Notes under the pieces: model-generated
Databases searched by the model: none
What the model saw: only the letters and a program-made list of their open reading frames with translations
What the model was told of the DNA's origin: nothing
NCBI GenBank assembly: GCA_963666365.2
Contig: CAXXNF010000002.1
Location: 384,001-448,000, forward strand
Source of the DNA: Syntrophales bacterium
GTDB taxonomy: Bacteria > Desulfobacterota > Syntrophia > Syntrophales > UBA2210
Direction: 5' to 3'
Length of the DNA: 64,000 nucleotides
In this document: positions 32,601 to 42,108 of the stretch, one piece after another
Layout of the letters: each line of letters begins with the position of its first letter
How positions within the stretch are numbered: the first letter of the stretch is position 1
Translations under genes and position numbers: made by a program

Positions 32601-33656
32601 TTAATATGAGAAAGGACGCAATCGGTATCTAGTTTTCACTATTTCCCATAGATGGGCTAGGCCCCTTGGCTCAAATATCAAAAATACGATGATTACAAGG
32701 CCAAAGACCACAGGTGAAAGAGCAGTGGAGCGGACAACTCCGAGGCCCATGGCTGCAAATGCCGGTATCAAATACAACCGAACCACATTGTCAAGAAGGA
32801 GGATAAATATTGAGCCGAATACCGCACCAGTAATACTGCCCATACCCCCGACGATAAGCATTCCCAAGAACCAAATTGATCGCATCAAATCGAAATGCTC
32901 GTAATTTATTGCTCCTGCCCAATGTGCCCAGAGCCCGCCTGCAATTCCAGCATAAAAAGAGCAAATAAAGAACGAAAGAAGCTTATATCGAAATATATTA
33001 ATGCCCATAACTTCCGCAGCTAAATCATTGTCTCGTATGGCGATAAATGCCCGCCCAATGCCAGTCCTAACAATATTTTTGGCAAAATAAATCATTACTA
33101 TGGCGACGGGCATAATAATGAATAAGATGTCTCTTTGACTCTCGAAGTACTTACCTAATAATTGAATTGGAGGTACCAGCAACGCTCTGACTCCCCCTGT
33201 GAGGTCAGGAAAACCATTAATGATTAAGGCTATTACGATAAACTGGGCAGCAAGTGTAGTAATGGCAAGATAGAAACCTTTTAAATTTAATGATGGCAGG
33301 CCAAAAACGAGCCCAACTAAGCCCGCGGATATACCTCCACACAAAAGGTTAATCAAAAAAGGAAACTTAAGATGGATTGCAAAAAGTGCGCAGGTGTAAG
33401 CACCTACTGCCATAAAAGCAGCCTGTCCAACGTTTATCTGGCCAGTATATCCAGTTAGAATATTGAGCCCTTGAACAGCAATAACTAAGATCCCGATCAT
33501 ATTTACCAGATAAATCCAACGCACTGGCAGATAAAGTGGCAATGTGAAGATGAAAACTAAACCTAGGATTAAAATTACCCAATGTACCCAAGTTCTAAAA
33601 ATCATCATATCCTGAGAATATTTCTGGTCATAGATGCCACAACGTAAGCCGCCCAT
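32601..33656 (-). CDS. Liv-type ABC permease (LivM-like)
   Basis: GLNILTGYTGQINVGQAAF, GRAFIAIRDN, EPRGL. Confidence 0.92.
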   Translation of the reverse strand: MGGLRCGIYDQKYSQDMMIFRTWVHWVILILGLVFIFTLPLYLPVRWIYLVNMIGILVIAVQGLNILTGYTGQINVGQAAFMAVGAYTCALFAIHLKFPFLINLLCGGISAGLVGLVFGLPSLNLKGFYLAITTLAAQFIVIALIINGFPDLTGGVRALLVPPIQLLGKYFESQRDILFIIMPVAIVMIYFAKNIVRTGIGRAFIAIRDNDLAAEVMGINIFRYKLLSFFICSFYAGIAGGLWAHWAGAINYEHFDLMRSIWFLGMLIVGGMGSITGAVFGSIFILLLDNVVRLYLIPAFAAMGLGVVRSTALSPVVFGLVIIVFLIFEPRGLAHLWEIVKTRYRLRPFSY

Positions 33657-33657
33657 A

Positions 33658-34536
33658 TCAAATCCTTTCTATTCTTTCCATGCCAAATAATCCATGGGGC
33701 CTAAAGAACATAAATATGACTAAAATAGCGTAGGGACTTACTTCCATCCAGCATGGATTGATATAGCCTCCTACTAGTTGTTCTAACACTCCAATGATCA
33801 ATCCAGCAACAATGGCTCCCCGGATAGAATCGAGTCCCCCTAAGATGACAACAGGAAACGCCTTAAGTCCATAGTTGGCCATTTCAGGCCCTACGCCAAT
33901 TCGAACCCCGAGCAGAATGGCGCAAACCATAGAAATTAAGCCCGCTAGCATCCAGGTAACTGTAAAAATACGGTTTATACTTAAACCTTTCGCCGTGGCC
34001 AACTGATGGCTTTCAGCTGTAGCTCTCATTTCCAGACCAATCCTGCTATGTTGGTAAAGGAGAGAAAAAAGAGCTATTAGAAAGATTGATATAAGAAATG
34101 CCAAAAAAAGATCTGCAGAAATGTGTATGTCTCCTAACTTCCATCCTCCACTGGGAAAGAGGCCAGGGAAGCCGCAAGGCATATTCTTCCAGAGCAGACC
34201 ATCTAGCCCCTTGAACACAGATACGAGGGCAAGTGTGACCATAACAGATGCTAAAATGGGTTGTCCAATTAACGGACGCAATACAACTCTCTGAATGGCC
34301 ATTCCCAGAGCCATCGCACAGAGTGAAGCCAGAATAAAGGAACCGAAGATATTTATTTTAAACAAAATATAAAAGCTCCAGAAAAACATACCTCCCAACA
34401 TCATCATTTCGCCTATTGCGAAATTGAAGACGGCGGTGGCTTTGAAAATTAGGACAACGCTCAGAGCAATTAATGCATAAATGGCCCCCACTAATAAACC
34501 TGTCACTATAAACTGCCCCAAAGTACCCATAGCCAT
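33658..34536 (-). CDS. Liv-type ABC permease (LivH-like)
   Basis: GAIYALIAL, NFAIGE, ILGGLDSI, RPHGLFG. Confidence 0.92.
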   Translation of the reverse strand: MAMGTLGQFIVTGLLVGAIYALIALSVVLIFKATAVFNFAIGEMMMLGGMFFWSFYILFKINIFGSFILASLCAMALGMAIQRVVLRPLIGQPILASVMVTLALVSVFKGLDGLLWKNMPCGFPGLFPSGGWKLGDIHISADLFLAFLISIFLIALFSLLYQHSRIGLEMRATAESHQLATAKGLSINRIFTVTWMLAGLISMVCAILLGVRIGVGPEMANYGLKAFPVVILGGLDSIRGAIVAGLIIGVLEQLVGGYINPCWMEVSPYAILVIFMFFRPHGLFGMERIERI

Positions 34537-34546
34537 ATTTTCCTTA

Positions 34547-36466
34547 TCACACTGTGTTGATCTTAATGTCTGTTTTTATTTTACCCCGCCTTCCATCCTG
34601 ATATAGGATTTCAGATTCTGTGGTAAATGCTTCTTTATTCTCAAACATTGCTTTTCTTAGCTCATTGTAACCAGCTTCAACAAAACTCCTGCGCAGCTTC
34701 CTGCTTCTCGTCAGTTCTGCCTCGTCAGGGTCGAAATCCTTATGCAAAGTGACAAACTTTCGTATTTTGTTCCATTCATCAAGCAAGATGTTAACTTTTT
34801 GGATTTCCCCTCTAATTAATTCTATCACCTCTGGCTTTTGTGAAAGGTCGCTCATTGTAGTGTACGGGATACGATGTGTTTCTGCCCAACGTCCAACGTT
34901 TTCAAAGTCAATATTTATCACGGAAACGATATCTGTTTGATCTTCTTCCCCCATAACCAGTGCATTTCTTATGTAAGGACTAAATCTTAGTCTTATCTCT
35001 AGATATTGCGGTGAAAAGCTATGTCCTCCTGCTATTTCCCTCACATCTTTCATACGGTCCATTACAATGATATGGCCGTCGTCTCTAATGGTCCCAAAGT
35101 CACCGGTATGAAACCACCCTTGTTCATCCACTACGGCTTTGGATTCCATCTTATAATAGCCTGAAAACAAGTGTTCACCTCTTACCAAGATTTCTCCCTT
35201 TTTGCTTAGCCGGACTTCCATGCCTTTAACAACCACTCCCGAGGTTTCTGGGTAGCAGTCCCCCCCTCTATGCATGGCGATTATGGGGCATTCAGAGGAA
35301 CCATACATTTGCTTAAGATTTACGCCAATGCCCATAAAGAATTTTAGCAGATCAGGACTCAGTGCGGCACCACCAGTATAACAAGCTTTAATTTTCGAGA
35401 GTCCGAGCTTGTCAAGCAGTTCACGATATAGAAAAAAATGCCCGATAAATTGTAGAGTCTTCCACAACCAGCGGTTTTTCCGTCTACCGATTTCGGAGTC
35501 GGCGGCACGATAGGCCACAGCTGAGAATACCTTGAAAAGAAAACGGTCTAGAAAAATTGAATCAGGGATCTTTGCCTGCACCATTCTCATAAGGTTTTCC
35601 CATAAGCTTGGGGCAAAAAACAGAAATGACGGCCCAATTTCGCGGATATCTTCCCTGACCGTTTCTGGTGATTCAGGAAAGTTCAGAGTCATCCCGGTAA
35701 GCATTGAATTTGTAATACTTAAGCCCTGGTCTGTAACCCAAGCTGGTGATAGAAAGCAAACATAGTTGTCCTTCTCACTAAATTGCTCAGTTTCTCTAAT
35801 CCGACGTATACCCGAGATTAATTGTCTATGCGACAACATTACCCCCTTGGGATTGCCTGTTGTGCCCGAAGTATAGCTAAAAATAGCGATGTCATCTGCT
35901 TTACCTTCTTCAATACTTCGTTCAAAGTAATCATAATCCGTCTCTTCATATTTCTTTCCCAGACCCAGTATTTCCTCGAAACTTGCAAGGATTGGATCGT
36001 TGTAGTTCCACAGTCCTTTCATTTCCCAATAGATTATCTTTTTTAGAAGCGGAAGGTCATCTTTGATTTGCAGACCTTTATCAACTTGTTCCTGATCTCC
36101 TGCAATCAAAATCACTGAATCTGAATTTTCCAGATAAAATTTCACTTCTTCAGGCATGCAGTCGGTAAAAACGCCAATTGGGGTGCCTCCGGCAGCTTGA
36201 GTGGCCAGTTCAGCCCAGACCCACTCCGGCCTGTTATCACCTAAAATGCATAGCTTATCTCCCCGTTTAAACCCTAAAGCCACTAGACCCAAAGAAAAAT
36301 ACTTTATTTTTTCATAAGAATCCTTCCATGTAAAAGGTTGCCAGATACCATAATCCTTTTCACGCATTGCTATCTGCTTATCTCCGTACTTTTCATAATT
36401 TCTTTTTAGGAGTTTAGGGAGAGTCTCTTCCAGTATTATATCGACCTTCTGATTGGAAATGTTCAT
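34547..36466 (-). CDS. Long-chain acyl-CoA synthetase-like AMP-binding protein
   Basis: YTSGTTGNPKG, YGSSE, GWFHTGD, ELTRSRKLRR. Confidence 0.9.
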   Translation of the reverse strand: MNISNQKVDIILEETLPKLLKRNYEKYGDKQIAMREKDYGIWQPFTWKDSYEKIKYFSLGLVALGFKRGDKLCILGDNRPEWVWAELATQAAGGTPIGVFTDCMPEEVKFYLENSDSVILIAGDQEQVDKGLQIKDDLPLLKKIIYWEMKGLWNYNDPILASFEEILGLGKKYEETDYDYFERSIEEGKADDIAIFSYTSGTTGNPKGVMLSHRQLISGIRRIRETEQFSEKDNYVCFLSPAWVTDQGLSITNSMLTGMTLNFPESPETVREDIREIGPSFLFFAPSLWENLMRMVQAKIPDSIFLDRFLFKVFSAVAYRAADSEIGRRKNRWLWKTLQFIGHFFLYRELLDKLGLSKIKACYTGGAALSPDLLKFFMGIGVNLKQMYGSSECPIIAMHRGGDCYPETSGVVVKGMEVRLSKKGEILVRGEHLFSGYYKMESKAVVDEQGWFHTGDFGTIRDDGHIIVMDRMKDVREIAGGHSFSPQYLEIRLRFSPYIRNALVMGEEDQTDIVSVINIDFENVGRWAETHRIPYTTMSDLSQKPEVIELIRGEIQKVNILLDEWNKIRKFVTLHKDFDPDEAELTRSRKLRRSFVEAGYNELRKAMFENKEAFTTESEILYQDGRRGKIKTDIKINTV

Positions 36467-37263
36467 TACTCCTCTCCAAGATAAGCTTTTATTACCTTCT
36501 GATCCCTTTTGATTTCATCTGGCAAGCCTTCGGCTAGTTTAAACCCGAAATCTAAAACACATATTCTTTCCGCAATATCCATCACTACTTCCATGTCATG
36601 TTCTACCAGGATAATGGGAATTTTCCATAACTCATATACATCTATAATGAATCTCGCCATATCTTCTTTTTCATTGGCACTCATCCCTGCCATAGGTTCA
36701 TCTAATAGAAGAATTTTGGGATCAACAGCCAAAGCTCGCCCCAAGTCCACTCTTTTTCGCCAGCCATAGGAAAGTGTTCCCACAACTTTTTTTCTGACAG
36801 ATTCCAACTCCAATAAATCAATAATACCCTCCACAAACTCACGGTGCTTGATCTCTTTTCGCCGCTCTGGCCCAAAAAACAGGGCACCCCATAGAACGGA
36901 AGGTTTTAGATGGCAGTGCCTTGCTGCCATCAGGTTATCAAGGGTGTTTAAGCCGGTATATAGTTGTATGTTTTGGAATGTTCGCGAAATCCCCAATGCA
37001 CCAATTTTGTGAGCTGGCCAACGAGTAATATCAAGCCCGTTAAAATGCACAGAACCTTTAATAGGCCTGTAAAACCCATTAATACAATTAAATATAGATG
37101 TTTTCCCCGCCCCATTGGGTCCAATAATAGCTACTAACTCAGGCTTATTTATTTCCAAGCTCACCCCTGAAAGAACCATATTGTTTGCAAACTTGAGCCA
37201 AAGATCATTTAACTTTAAAGATACATCCTCAGCTACGTTTCGCATTTTAATACACTTGGCCAC
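36466..37263 (-). CDS. Liv-type ABC transporter ATP-binding protein (LivG-like)
   Basis: GPNGAGKT, RTFQN, DEPMAGM, EHDM, AYLG; AAGGAGG RBS upstream. Confidence 0.92.
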   Translation of the reverse strand: MAKCIKMRNVAEDVSLKLNDLWLKFANNMVLSGVSLEINKPELVAIIGPNGAGKTSIFNCINGFYRPIKGSVHFNGLDITRWPAHKIGALGISRTFQNIQLYTGLNTLDNLMAARHCHLKPSVLWGALFFGPERRKEIKHREFVEGIIDLLELESVRKKVVGTLSYGWRKRVDLGRALAVDPKILLLDEPMAGMSANEKEDMARFIIDVYELWKIPIILVEHDMEVVMDIAERICVLDFGFKLAEGLPDEIKRDQKVIKAYLGEE

Positions 37264-37424
37264 TCACAACGACCTCCTTTAGATTTAGAATCCAACGCCT
37301 CAAAACATTTACCAGAAGCTTCTATAAAACCAGAATCATTTAATGTTGTTGTGGGCTCGCGTTATGCAGCATTATAGATTTTGTAGATATGGTTTATTAG
37401 CCAAAAAAAGCGACAACCCTTTAA

Positions 37425-37885
37425 TGGGAGGTCTCTATATACCGATACCTCGTACTCTAAAAAAGGAAGAATGCAATGAGCTTGGAGCACTGACACACCA
37501 GGAAAAGAGCCAGAAAGGTTTCCGATGTATTAGCAGTAGGGTGAGAGGTTGATCAATTGAGCATTTAAAGAAATGATTTTGGGGTAATGAACCGGAGGTA
37601 GTACTGGAGAGCAAGCCGCGGTACAAACCGCAACGAGAGACCAAGTTCAATGAGGCTTTTGAAGGTAAGTCTATAGCATTAACCTGACCATAAGTTCCGC
37701 AGGAATACCACTGATGGTGGACGGTCAGACTGCTGGCTGATATGGCTGTTGAGTTGCAATATGCCAAATCGCCGTTGTGAATGTCAATACAAAAGTTTTG
37801 AAAAAAAATGAACTCAAGCCTTGCTACAATAAATGCTAGGAAATTCCTCCAGAATGCAGCATGGAGTTTGTAGCAAATATGGCTG
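37425..37885 (+). pseudogene. Heavily decayed IS630-family transposase
   Basis: Residual matches to the IS630 at 45504 (ATTGAGCATTTAAAGAA, TGGACGGTCAGACTGCTGGCTGA, A8 frameshift tract); many stops. Confidence 0.75.
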
Positions 37886-38083
37886 CATGGCAAAGATAAT
37901 GAAACAGAAATTCGAGGAGGATGATCTATCAACTTAAACCTCCCACAGCAGTGGTCTGGTAGATGCGATCATATCCAAATCCGCAGTTTTAATTGTAACC
38001 TGGGACCAGCTTCCCTCTTTTCAGCGGGGCTTCAGATTCCCCCCACCCCCAAAGAATAACTGAAATTAATTTGCTTTACGTTT

Positions 38084-38350
38084 CTATATTTTGACTCTAA
38101 GATTAGCTTCTTCCGAAAATATTTTATCCCTATACGCACTCAACTGAGAACAATTCACACCCCTACACTTCCACTCTTTTAGTTTTTTCGATTTCCTTCT
38201 GAATAAGACTCCGGCTCGATAATTCTTATTTTTCTCATACTGCTCCTGGCCTGTACACTTGACTGACATATCTTTTGCAAGCAACAAGGTTACATCCCCA
38301 TTAACATCACCACAGTAAATAGTGGTCGATGTTACTTCCCAGTCTATCAT
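38084..38350 (-). CDS. Small Cys-containing hypothetical protein
   Basis: 88-aa ORF with four Cys (YCG, KCTG, KCRGVNC) and an upstream purine-rich RBS. Confidence 0.7.
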   Translation of the reverse strand: MIDWEVTSTTIYCGDVNGDVTLLLAKDMSVKCTGQEQYEKNKNYRAGVLFRRKSKKLKEWKCRGVNCSQLSAYRDKIFSEEANLRVKI

Positions 38351-39039
38351 CTTGCTTCTCTACCTATCCTTTTATGTGTTAAATATTTAATTCAAGGCAA
38401 TTGGAACTAATACGACACTAAATTACCAATTAATGATCGAAAAATGAAAAGGAGAACCTATCTCCTACGGTATTGGAAGTAACTCTATTTAGTGTCCCCC
38501 TCGGGGATGTTTGAAATCCTTACCTACAGGTGAAGAGAGATTTGGCGAAGCCCTTAAGGGACAATAAATCCCACATTATTCAATAAGATAGTCCTTTAAC
38601 CCCACGGCTTATAGCCAATTGTAGGTTCAGTAAGGAGTTCATAAAATGTAAAAATCGCCCTTGTAATCTGGATACTATTCAACTTTCGACTTGTTGTCAA
38701 GTACAAATGTCAGGAGCGTCAGGAGTGTGAATAGCTTTCGGTGTCCCTACTGCGCTCCGGGTAAAAAGGCGGTGTCTCGTCGGAATATGACAAGGGGTAT
38801 TTATCGGATCGGCTGAAGTCTTTAAGGGGTCGGTTTCAGAAGCGGTATAAGAAGGTCGTATAAGTTCGGGCGCGGCCAATTTGTCGTTGTTCGGGTTTGT
38901 TGAGTGAAGGTAATATATCGCCTATGATTCGTGAATGTCAAAAAGAAAATGACAGCGGCTGATAGGCCAAACGCCCTTTTCAAAGCTATAATTGCGGCTG
39001 CTTCTTTATTCGCCTTCATTGCTGTCTCCTTTGCTGATG

Positions 39040-39113
39040 GCATAACGCTCCGCATAACCGGCTGGCAGTGGAGCGCAGCGGAATTGGCGTCCGTGTGAGT
39101 GGCACTGTTGGCA
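39040..39113 (-). other. attC site (74 bp)
   Basis: GCATAAC...GTTGGCA imperfect palindrome, 31 bp after the stop of 39145-40617. GTTGGCAT matches the cassette start GTTGACAT at 41537 in 7/8 positions. Confidence 0.8.
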
Positions 39114-39144
39114 TTTCATGTTAATGCATTGCGGATGTCGTTGC

Positions 39145-40617
39145 TCATTCCTGTTTCCCTAGCGATACCAGTTCAATCGTTTCGGCATACGATCGCTTGA
39201 GAATCTCGTCACCTGCCATGGCGAGCTCGGTCCAACCTTTGTCCGCAATTCTGCCCATGTGTTCAAGCCGCAGTTGGGAGCGGTCGAAGAGCCAGTACTT
39301 CAGTGACGGCAAGAGGTAGCGGACCAATGACAACCATTCCGCATAGTTGATGGCAAGGGGGTTCCCTTTACACAAGGCCACCTTGCCTGCGTTTCCGGCA
39401 CAAGCAACAGCATGTGCGGAAAGAAGCATAGACCTGTATTTCGGGTTCTTGGCCAGTAGAAAAGGTACTTCACCGTTCTTTGCGTAGTGCCGGATCATGA
39501 GGTAGCCCCCCAGAATGATCTCGATGACTGCCGGCGTGATACCCATCACAAGGAAATGCCGGAAATCGTAACCATTCGTATACATCCATCTGGCCACTTG
39601 TCCTACCGTCCGTCCTCCTTTCCCAAGATTACCTGCGTTGATGCCCTGAAAAAGGGTGAAGAATGGAGGAGGAATGCCCGGAGGCGTCGCTACATCAGAA
39701 ATCAGATGGCCCATTTGCTTGAGGATCGCCGTAATCAGGCCCACTGGCTCAAGGTTGGTCCAGACCTGGCCCTGTACGAGTTCGTGAACGCCAGAGAGCT
39801 TGTCGTACGAGAACCCCGTAATCGTACCTTTCATGATGTCAAGTACCCCGAAGATGAAGCCAAGGACGGGATCATGGCCCAAAGTCTGGAACCTGTGGGT
39901 TGTTCCCCCCGCACCCATCAGGCTTTCCAGCTTTCCACTTTTCTCGAAGACCGTTCCGTCGTATGGAACTCTGCATTTCGACTCCAGACTGCGCGCCCAT
40001 CTAGCGAACCAATCCTGTCGTCCGTCCTGCTTCCGGGAATCGTACTTCTTCAGCCATTCCGTAATAGGGCTCGCCTGCTGCCCCGAATACTGTCCCGTGT
40101 TGAAGCTGCGAGGGATCTTCACCAAAAGGAAATCAGTCAGACTCGCTATCACCCCGGCTGCGCCCACAAAAGCGTAATCCCACTTGTCCCATCGGTACTG
40201 TGCCCCGTAATCCTCCTGCTTCAGGCGCTCAAGATCGTCATTGCTCAAGAACGCTTCCCAAGGCAGGGAACAGTCCAAATCATACTCTGCGCAATATGCT
40301 ACACTGTCACGGACGAACTGGTCCCAATCGACAAAGGCTAGGACAGAGGTCTCCCGCGCGACAGCCTCCCGCCGGCGCTGATAGATGCTCTCGATTTCCC
40401 CTGGGTCCCAATCCGCCATGTCGGCGGCGCAAAGGAGCCCGCTCTTCTGCTCGATCTCGTCCATGAGGCATGACAACGCTTGAAGCTGGTCAGCCTGTCC
40501 GTTCGCTTCTCCGAGCGCCGGAGCCAAAGCGTCCAGCCGTCCGCTCGCTTGCTCCAGCACATGCCGCTGAGCTTGGAGTACGGCCCGTAACGAATGGAGT
40601 TCCGACGCGGTCGTCAT
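39145..40617 (-). CDS. Hypothetical protein, partner of the TerB-like protein (candidate defence gene)
   Basis: 490 aa; ATGA overlap with the upstream gene; N-terminal coiled coil, HRFQTLGHDP motif, hydrophobic segments; lies inside a cassette. Confidence 0.8.
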   Translation of the reverse strand: MTTASELHSLRAVLQAQRHVLEQASGRLDALAPALGEANGQADQLQALSCLMDEIEQKSGLLCAADMADWDPGEIESIYQRRREAVARETSVLAFVDWDQFVRDSVAYCAEYDLDCSLPWEAFLSNDDLERLKQEDYGAQYRWDKWDYAFVGAAGVIASLTDFLLVKIPRSFNTGQYSGQQASPITEWLKKYDSRKQDGRQDWFARWARSLESKCRVPYDGTVFEKSGKLESLMGAGGTTHRFQTLGHDPVLGFIFGVLDIMKGTITGFSYDKLSGVHELVQGQVWTNLEPVGLITAILKQMGHLISDVATPPGIPPPFFTLFQGINAGNLGKGGRTVGQVARWMYTNGYDFRHFLVMGITPAVIEIILGGYLMIRHYAKNGEVPFLLAKNPKYRSMLLSAHAVACAGNAGKVALCKGNPLAINYAEWLSLVRYLLPSLKYWLFDRSQLRLEHMGRIADKGWTELAMAGDEILKRSYAETIELVSLGKQE

Positions 40618-41486
40618 GCAACAGCCCTCGCTTCCCTTTGGCGAAGCACCTGTTTCAGGGAGGTGAGTCGCTCCGTCAGAATTGCGATCGCCTCCCGGTT
40701 GGCTTGGGATTCCGCCGCGTTTGCTTCCAGCGACTCAATCCTGTTGATTATTTGAGTAATGGCATCCTGAAGGTTCTTGATGACTAGTTGCGCCTTCCGT
40801 TCCTGCTCTGCGCGAAGCTTCTCTTCCTTGACCTTTCTACTGTCCCCGAGAAGCCACTTTGTGCCCAGAAACACGGCTGTTCCAAGCACTATCGCGACTC
40901 CGATACCAGGCACCATGCCAAACCCCAACCCAAGCGCGGCAAGACCCCCGGTAATACCCGCTGCGCTCAGACCGATGATCGTACCGCTGAAGTACACTGC
41001 GGCAATGGGCACTCCCACCGCACCGAGCCCTGCTGCAGCGGCCTTGATGGCCTTCTCCGCAGCATTGTTGTCAAGGCCCTCGCGAGCAACGCGGCGAGCC
41101 TCCTTCACGAAATTGATGATGGCCTTCCGCTGGTCTTCGGTGACCCGTAATCGTGTGCACACGGATGAGAGGAACTCCTTCTCCTCTTCTTCCATAATGT
41201 CGTCAGCCAATATGGTCTCCACCACGGCTACGATCACCGCATATCGCAGTTCGTCACGTGCGTTAACCAGTTGGTCCAGACAAGAATCGAGATTAGGTGG
41301 AGTCAAGACGAACCCTTGAACCTGCTTGCGATTGTCTTGGTCCAGTGCATCGAGGTCGAGCGATCCGAAAATTGCCAACATCTCTTCCTTAGAGGCATGC
41401 CCATCGGCGGCGGATGCAGCGAAACTCAAGCCGTAGAAGGCTACCAACTGGTCCTGCGGGATTGTTTTCATGTCGAACTTGGCCAT
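40614..41486 (-). CDS. TerB-like domain protein with glycine-zipper TM region and coiled coil
   Basis: ADGHASKEE and ADDIMEEEEKEFL TerB-type motifs; GLSAAGITGGLAALGLG zipper. Confidence 0.8.
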   Translation of the reverse strand: MAKFDMKTIPQDQLVAFYGLSFAASAADGHASKEEMLAIFGSLDLDALDQDNRKQVQGFVLTPPNLDSCLDQLVNARDELRYAVIVAVVETILADDIMEEEEKEFLSSVCTRLRVTEDQRKAIINFVKEARRVAREGLDNNAAEKAIKAAAAGLGAVGVPIAAVYFSGTIIGLSAAGITGGLAALGLGFGMVPGIGVAIVLGTAVFLGTKWLLGDSRKVKEEKLRAEQERKAQLVIKNLQDAITQIINRIESLEANAAESQANREAIAILTERLTSLKQVLRQREARAVA

Positions 41487-41530
41487 TGCTGTTTTCCTTT
41501 CTCATTGGTTGATTCGGTGATCTAGTCTGA

Positions 41531-41660
41531 TGTCAACGCCGCAAATCACGGGCCGGGCGGCGAATCACGAAAACGGCCAGTAAACGAAAGAGGTCGAAAA
41601 AAGAAAGCCATCAATCACTGCACGCTCCTCGCCCGGTCCCAGTGAATTTGCTTGTTATGC
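41531..41660 (-). other. attC site (130 bp)
   Basis: TGTCAAC-GCCGCAAATCACGGGCCGGGCG ... CGCCCGGTCCCAGTGAATTTGC-TT-GTTATGC; imperfect arms with a long variable terminal structure. Confidence 0.85.
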
Positions 41661-41692
41661 GCAAAAATATTTTTAATTTCAATTAGTTAAAT

Positions 41693-41875
41693 CTATTCCT
41701 TACTTTCTTTTATTTTGACAATAGTAGGTTCGAATATTCGGCATACAATAAAAAGAACAACACCAATTAATAGGAGAAGAAACCCCATAACAAATCCATG
41801 TTGGCCACCAGCAAACCAAGCAATACCGATAATTGAGATAACGACAGAAAGCAATTTTAAAATTTTCCAGATCAT
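41693..41875 (-). CDS. Small two-TM membrane protein (cassette-like)
   Basis: 60 aa, two hydrophobic helices, GAGG RBS, followed by an attC. Confidence 0.65.
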   Translation of the reverse strand: MIWKILKLLSVVISIIGIAWFAGGQHGFVMGFLLLLIGVVLFIVCRIFEPTIVKIKESKE

Positions 41876-41897
41876 GACAGAATATTTTCCTCTTTTG

Positions 41898-42082
41898 TTT
41901 AAGGTTGCATACGGAGTTAGTCATAATTCCGCATACAATCCTGTTGGACTACGCCGCAATTCAGCGCTCCCTTATGGGGATTCAATAATGTGGCTTTGTC
42001 CTATGTTTCCATCAAAAATATCGATATGGTCCTTGATTGAATAGCGTATTTACGAAAAAGTGGGGCAAAAAAAGGCTCCTTT
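41898..42082 (-). mobile_element. Orphan copy of the downstream end of the YR-IS91 element
   Basis: About 185 bp colinear with 54270-54452, including GTTGGACTACGCCGC and the TTGCATACGGA...TCCGCATACAA hairpin. Confidence 0.85.
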
Positions 42083-42108
42083 ATGAGGCTACCCGCAGCG
42101 TTATATCG

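Noticed and set aside
38380..39040. Riboswitch or attC in the AT-rich spacer, and ORF 38822-39055 as an intact cassette gene
   Set aside because: No recognisable aptamer or AAC/GTT-bounded palindrome; the ORF looks frameshifted or truncated and could not be assigned.
39487..40341. Long antisense ORFs (also 7284-8162, 43591-44424, 45501-46421, 52046-52846)
   Set aside because: They are shadows of real genes on the opposite strand, with no motifs or RBS.
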